Source: Eledone cirrhosa
Lineage: Eukaryota
Length of the DNA stretch: 64,000 nt
Assembly: GCA_964016885.1 (NCBI GenBank)
Contig: OZ024744.1
Location: forward strand, 131,254,001 to 131,318,000
Reading direction: 5' to 3'
Part shown: positions 59,150-64,000 of the stretch, in pieces
How the letters are laid out: every line of letters begins with the position of its first letter
Numbering within the stretch: the stretch's first letter is position 1
The notes under the pieces: model-generated
Seen by the model: the letters and a program-made list of their open reading frames with translations, nothing else
What the model was told of the DNA's origin: nothing
Databases searched by the model: none
Made by a program: the position numbers and the translations under genes

Positions 59150-61850
59150 TGGGGTTAAGTTAAGTTGGGGTTAAGTTAAGTTGGGGTTAAGTTAAGTTGG
59201 GGTTAATTTAAGTTGGGGTTAAGTTAAGTTGCGGGTAATTTAAGTTGGGGTTAAGTTAAGTTGGGGTTAAGTTAAGTTGGGGTTAAGTTAAGTTGGGGTT
59301 AAGGTAAGTTGGGGTTAAGTTAAATTGGGGCTAAGTTAAGTTGGGGCTGAGTTAAGTTGGGGTTAAGTTAAGTTGGGGTTAAGTTAAGTTGGGGTTAAGT
59401 TAAGTTGGGGTTAAGTTAAGTTGGGGTTGAGTTAAGTTGGGGTTAAGTTAAGTAGGGGTAAGTTAAGTTGGGGTTCAGTTAAGTTGGGGTTAAGTTAAGT
59501 TGGGGTTAAGTTAAGTTGGGGTTAAGTTAAGTCGGGGTTAAGTTAAGTCGGGGTTAAGTTAAGTTAGGGTTAAGTTAAGTTGGAGTTAAGTTAAGTTGGG
59601 GTTGAGTTAAGTTGGGGTTGAGTTAAATTGGGGTTGAGTTAAGTTGGGGTTGAGTTAAGTTGGTGTTGAGTTAAGTTGGGGTTAAATTGAGTTGGGGTTA
59701 AATTAAGTTGGGGTTAAGTAAATTTGGGGGTAAGTTAAGTTGGGGGCAAGTTAAGTTGGGGCTAATTTAAGTTGGGGTTAAATTAAGTTGGGGTTACGTT
59801 AAGTTGGTGTTAAGTTAAGTTGGGGTTAATTTAAGTTGGGGTTAATTAAGTTAGGGTTAAGTTAAGTTGGGGTTAAGTTAAGTTGGGGTTAATTTAAGTT
59901 GGGGTTGAGTTAAGTTAGGGTTAAGTTAAGTTGGGGTTATATTAAGTTGGGGTTAAGTTAAGTTGGGGTTGAGTTAAGTTAGGGTTAAGTTAAGTTGGGG
60001 TTATATTAAGTTGGGGTTAAGTTATGTTGGGGTTAAGTTAAGTTAGGCCTAACTTAAGTTGGAGTTAAGTTAAGTTGGGGGTAAGTTAAGTTGGGGGTAA
60101 GTTAAGTTGGGGTTAAGTTAAGTTGGGGTTAAGTTGGGGTTAAGTTAAGTTAGGGTTAAGTTAAGTTGGGGTTGAGTTAAGTTAGGGTTAAGTTAAGTGG
60201 TGGTTATGTTAAGTTGGGGTGAAGTTAACTGGGGTTAATTTAAATTGGTGTTAAGTTAACTTTGTGGTTAAGTTAAGTTGGGGTTAAGTTAAGTTGGGGT
60301 TAAGTTAAGTTGGGGTTGAGTTAAGTTGGGGTTGAGTGAAGTTGGGGTTAAGTTAAGTTGGGGTTAATTTAAGTTGGGGTTAAGTTAAATCGGAGTTAAG
60401 TTAAGTTGGGGTTGAGTTAAGTTGGCGTTAATTTAAGTTGGGGCTAAGTTAAGTTGGGGTTAAGTTAAGTTGAGGTTAAGTTAAGTTGGGGTTGAGTTAA
60501 GTTGGGGTTGAGTTAATTTGGGGTTAAGTTAAGTTGGGGTTAAGTTAAGTTGGGTTTAAGTTAAGTTGGGGTTAAATTAAGTTGGGGTTAAATTAAGTTG
60601 GGGTTAAGTTAAGTTGGGGGTAAGATAAGTTGGGAGCAAGTTAAGTTGGGGTTAAGTTAAGTTGGGGTTCAGTTAAGTTGCGGTTAAGTTAAGTTGGGGT
60701 TAAGTTAAGTTGGGGTTAAGTTAAGTTGGGGTCAAGTTAAGTTGGGGTTAAGTTAAGTTTGGGTTAAGTTAAGTTGGGGCTAATTTAAGTTGGGGCTGAG
60801 TTAAGTTGGGGTTAAGTTAAGTTGGGGTTAAGTTAATTTGGGGTTAAGTTGGGGTTAAGTTAAGTTGGGGTTTATTTAAATTGGGGTTAAGTTAAGTTGG
60901 GGTTCAGTTAAGTTGGGGTTCAGTTAAGTTGGGGTTAAGTTAAGTTGGGGTTAAGTTAAGTTGGTTAGTTAAGTTGAGGTTAAGTTAAGTTGGGGTTAAG
61001 TTAAGTTGGGGTTAAGTTAAGTTGGGGTTAATTTAAGTTAGGGTTAAGTTAAGTTGGGGTTCAGTTAAGTTGGGGTTAAGTCAAGTTGGGGTTAAGTTGG
61101 GGTTAAATTAAGTTGGGGTTAAGTTAAGTTGGGGTCAAGTTAAGTTGGGGTTAAGTTAAGTTGGGGTTAAGTTAAGTTGGGGTTCAGTTAAGTTGGGGTT
61201 AATTCAAGTTGGGGTTAAGTTGGGGTTAAATTAAGTTGGGGCTAAGTTAAGTTGGGGCTAAGTTAAGTTGGGGCTAAGTTAAGTTGGGGTTCAGTTAAGT
61301 TGGGGTTAAGTTAAGTTTGGGTTAAGTTGGGGTTAAATTAAGTTGGGGTTAAGTTAAGTTGGGGTTTAGTTAAGTTGGGGTTAATTTAAGTTGGGGTTAA
61401 TTTAAGTTGCGGTTAAGTTAAGTTGGGGTTAAGTTAAGTGGTGGTTATGTTAAGTTGGGGTTAAGTTAAGTTGGGGTTAATTTAAATTGGGGTTAAGTTA
61501 ACTTTGTGGTTAAGTTAAGTTGGGGTTAAGTTAAGTTGGGGTTAAGTTAAGTTGGGGTTGCGTTAAGTCGGGGTTGAGTGAAGTTGGGGTTAAGTTAAGT
61601 TGGGGTTAATTTAAGTTGGGGTTAAGTTAAGTCGGGCTTAAGTTAAGTTGGGGTTAAGTTAATTTGGGGTTAAGTTAAGTTGGGGTTAAGTTAAGTTGGG
61701 GTTGAGTTAAGTTGGGGTTGAGTTAATTTAGGGTTAAGTTAAGTTGGGGTTAAGTTAAGTTGGGTTTAAGTTAAGTTGGGGTTAAATTAAGTTGGGGTTA
61801 AATTAAGTTGGGGTTAAGTTAAGTTGGGGGTAAGTTAAGTTGGGGGCAAG
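59150..61850 (+). repeat. Near-tandem duplicate of about 56,220-58,990 (offset about 2.86-2.94 kb), containing no island
   Basis: Markers AGTAGGGG (56525/59451), AGGCCT (57103/60045) and TATTTAAATT (58011/60873). Confidence 0.85.
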
Positions 61851-62648
61851 TTAAGTTGGGGTTAAGTTAAGTTGGGGTTAAATTAAGTTGGGGTTAAGTT
61901 TAGTTGGTGTTAAGTTAAGTTGGGGTTTATTTAAGTTGGGGTTAATTAAGTTGGGGCTGAGTTAAGTTGGGGCTGAATTAAGTTGGGGTTAAGTTAAGTT
62001 GGGGTTGAGTTAAGTTGGGGTTAAGTTAAGTTGGGGTTAAGTTAAGTTGGGGTTCAGTTAAGTTGGGGTTAAGTTGGGGTTAAATTAATTTGGGGTTAAG
62101 TTAAGTTGGGGTTTAGTTTAGTTGGGGTTAAATTAAGTTGGGGTTAATTTAAGTTGGGGTTAAGTTAAGTTGCGGGTAATTTAAGTTGGGGTTAAGTTAA
62201 GTTGGGGTTAAGTTAAGTTGGGGTTAAGTTAAGTTGGGGGTAAGTTAAGTTGGGGGTAAGTTAAGTTGGGGTTAAGTTAAGTTGGGGTTAAGTTAAGTTA
62301 GGGTTAAGTTAAGTTGGGGTTGAGTTAAGTTGGGGTTAAGTTAAGTTGGGGTTATGTTAAGTTGGGGTTAAGTTAAGTTGGTTCGTTAAGTTGAGTTTAA
62401 GTTAAGTGGGGTTAATTTAAGTTGGGGTTAAGTTAAGTTGGGGTTAAGTTAAGTTGGGGTTAAGTTAAGTTGGGGTTAAGTTAAGTTGGGGTTCAGTTAA
62501 GTTGGGGTTAAGTCAAGTTGGGGTTAAGTTGGGGTTAAATTAATTTGGGGTTAAGTTAAGTTGGGGTTAAGTTAAGTTGGGGTTATGTTAAGTTGGGGTT
62601 AAGTTAAGTTGGGGTTAAGTTAATTTGTGGTTAAGTTAAGTTGTGGTT

Positions 62649-63041
62649 AACCCCAACTTCACTCAACCCCACCTTAACTCAACCCCAACTTAACTTAAGC
62701 CCAACTTCACTCAACCCCAACTTAACTTAACCCCAACTTCAGTCAACCCCAACTTAACTCAACCCCAACTTAACTTAACCCCAACTTAACTTAACCCTAA
62801 CTTAACTTAACCCCAACTTAACTTAACTTCGACTTAACTTAACCCCAACTTAACTTAACCCCAACTTAACTTAACCCCAACTTAACTTAACCACAAATTA
62901 ACTTAACCCCAACTTAAATTAACCCCAACTTGAATTAACCCCAACTTAACTTAACCCCAACTTAACTTAACCCCAACTTAAATTAACCCCAACTTGACTT
63001 AACCCCAAATTAACTTAACCCCAACTTAACTTAACCCCAAA
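62649..63041 (-). repeat. Inverted satellite island type A
   Basis: Same junctions as 2831-3223, with private variants TTCAGTC and TTGAATT. Confidence 0.95.
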
Positions 63042-64000
63042 TTCGGGGTTAAGTTAAGTTGGGGTTAAATTAAGTTAGGCTTAACTTAAGTTGGGGTTAA
63101 GTTAATTTGGGGTTAAGTTGGGGTTAAGTTAAGTTAGGGTTAAGTTAAGTTGGGGTTGAGTTAAGTTGGGGTTAAGTTAAGTTGGGGTTAAGTTAAGTTG
63201 GAGTCAAGTTAAGTTGGGGTTAAAATTAAGTTGGGGTTAAATCAAGTTGGGGTTAAGTTAAAGTGGGGTTAATTTAGATGGGGTTAAGTTAAGTTGGGGC
63301 TAAGTTAAGTTGGGGCTAAGTTAAGTTGGGACTAAGTTAAGTTGGGGTTAAGTTAAGTTGGGGTTAAGTTAAGTTGGGGTTAATTTAAGTTGGGATTGAG
63401 TTAAGTTGGGGTTAAGTTAAGTTGGGGTTATATTAAGTTGAGGTTAAGTTAAGTTGGGGTTAAGTTAAGTTGGGGTTCAGTTAAGTTGCGGTTAAGTTAA
63501 GTTGGGGTTAAGTTAAGTTGGGGTTAAGTTAAGTTGGGGTTAAGTTAAGTTGGGGTCAAGTTAAGTTGGGGTTAAGTTAAGTTGGTTAGTTAAGTTGAGG
63601 TTAAGTTAAGTTGGGGTTAAGTTAAGTTGGGGTTAAGTTAAGTTGGGGTTAATTTAAGTTAGGGTTAAGTTAAGTTGGGGTTCAGTTAAGTTGGGGTTAA
63701 GTCAAGTTGGGGTTAAGTTGGGGTTAAATTAAGTTGGGGTTAAGTTAAGTTGGGGTCAAGTTAAGTTGGGGTTAAGTTAAGTTGGGGTTCAGTTAAGTTG
63801 GGGTTAATTCAAGTTGGGGTTAAGTTGGGGTTAAATTAAGTTGGGGCTAAGTTAAGTTGGGGCTAAGTTAAGTTGGGGCTAAGTTAAGTTGGGGTTCAGT
63901 TAAGTTGGGGTTAAGTTAAGTTTGGGTTAAGTTGGGGTTAAATTAAGTTGGGGTTAAGTTAAGTTGGGGTTTAGTTAAGTTGGGGTTAATTTAAGTTGGG

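Larger units (their letters stand above)
1..64000 (+). repeat. Tandem satellite array, 16-bp monomer GGGGTTAAGTTAAGTT (about 4,000 monomers), running off both ends of the window
   Basis: The monomer or a close variant is read continuously from base 1 to 64000. Common variants are GGGGTTGAG, GGGGCTGAG, GGGGTTCAG, GCGG, GGTG, AGGG, TAATTT, an 11-bp unit lacking one TTAAG, and a 13-bp GGTTAG unit. Confidence 0.99.

Noticed and set aside
2831-63041. Islands as fold-back read or assembly artefacts
   Set aside because: They return to forward orientation after a fixed length, have their own heritable variants and are not mirror images of their flanks. Raw-read confirmation is still advisable.
2831-63041. 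Site-specific invertible (shufflon or phase-variation) system
   Set aside because: No recombinase is encoded, the two junctions are not an inverted pair of one site, and no island is seen flipped back between intact junctions.
1-64000. Protein-coding genes
   Set aside because: Each monomer has two TTAA (TAA on both strands) and the 16-bp period shifts frame, so all six frames close within a few dozen bases. ATG is rare.
1-64000. CRISPR array
   Set aside because: Repeats are contiguous, with no unique spacers, leader or cas genes.

Overview
The whole 64 kb is one non-coding tandem satellite with a 16-bp consensus monomer, GGGGTTAAGTTAAGTT (TTAAG + TTAAGTTGGGG), G/T-rich on the + strand. I found no unique sequence, genes, RNA genes, transposons or CRISPR arrays. 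TTAA puts stop codons in all six frames. There is structure at four levels. (1) Point and length variants of the monomer recur in fixed orders over about 0.2-0.4 kb. (2) There are near-identical block duplications with offsets of about 2.3, 2.9, 6.7-6.9, 7.1, 7.6 and 11.71 kb. (3) There are 25 short inverted islands (144-489 bp, about 7.5 kb or 12% of the window) in six sub-types, A-F. All share a spacer-less palindromic left junction (GGTT|AAC) and a related right junction (CCCAA-A[T/G][T/C]C-GGGG). This suggests one ancestral inversion that was amplified and now places long hairpin/cruciform-capable dyads roughly every 2.5 kb. (4) Clustered substitutions turn the quasi-palindromic monomer into a perfect 20-bp palindrome next to the junctions, and two duplication breakpoints fall within one monomer of a right junction. 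The monomer is telomere-like, but its organisation fits recombination-maintained satellite (centromeric, pericentromeric or subtelomeric). The organism cannot be identified from the sequence. Coordinates were counted by eye and block edges are approximate.
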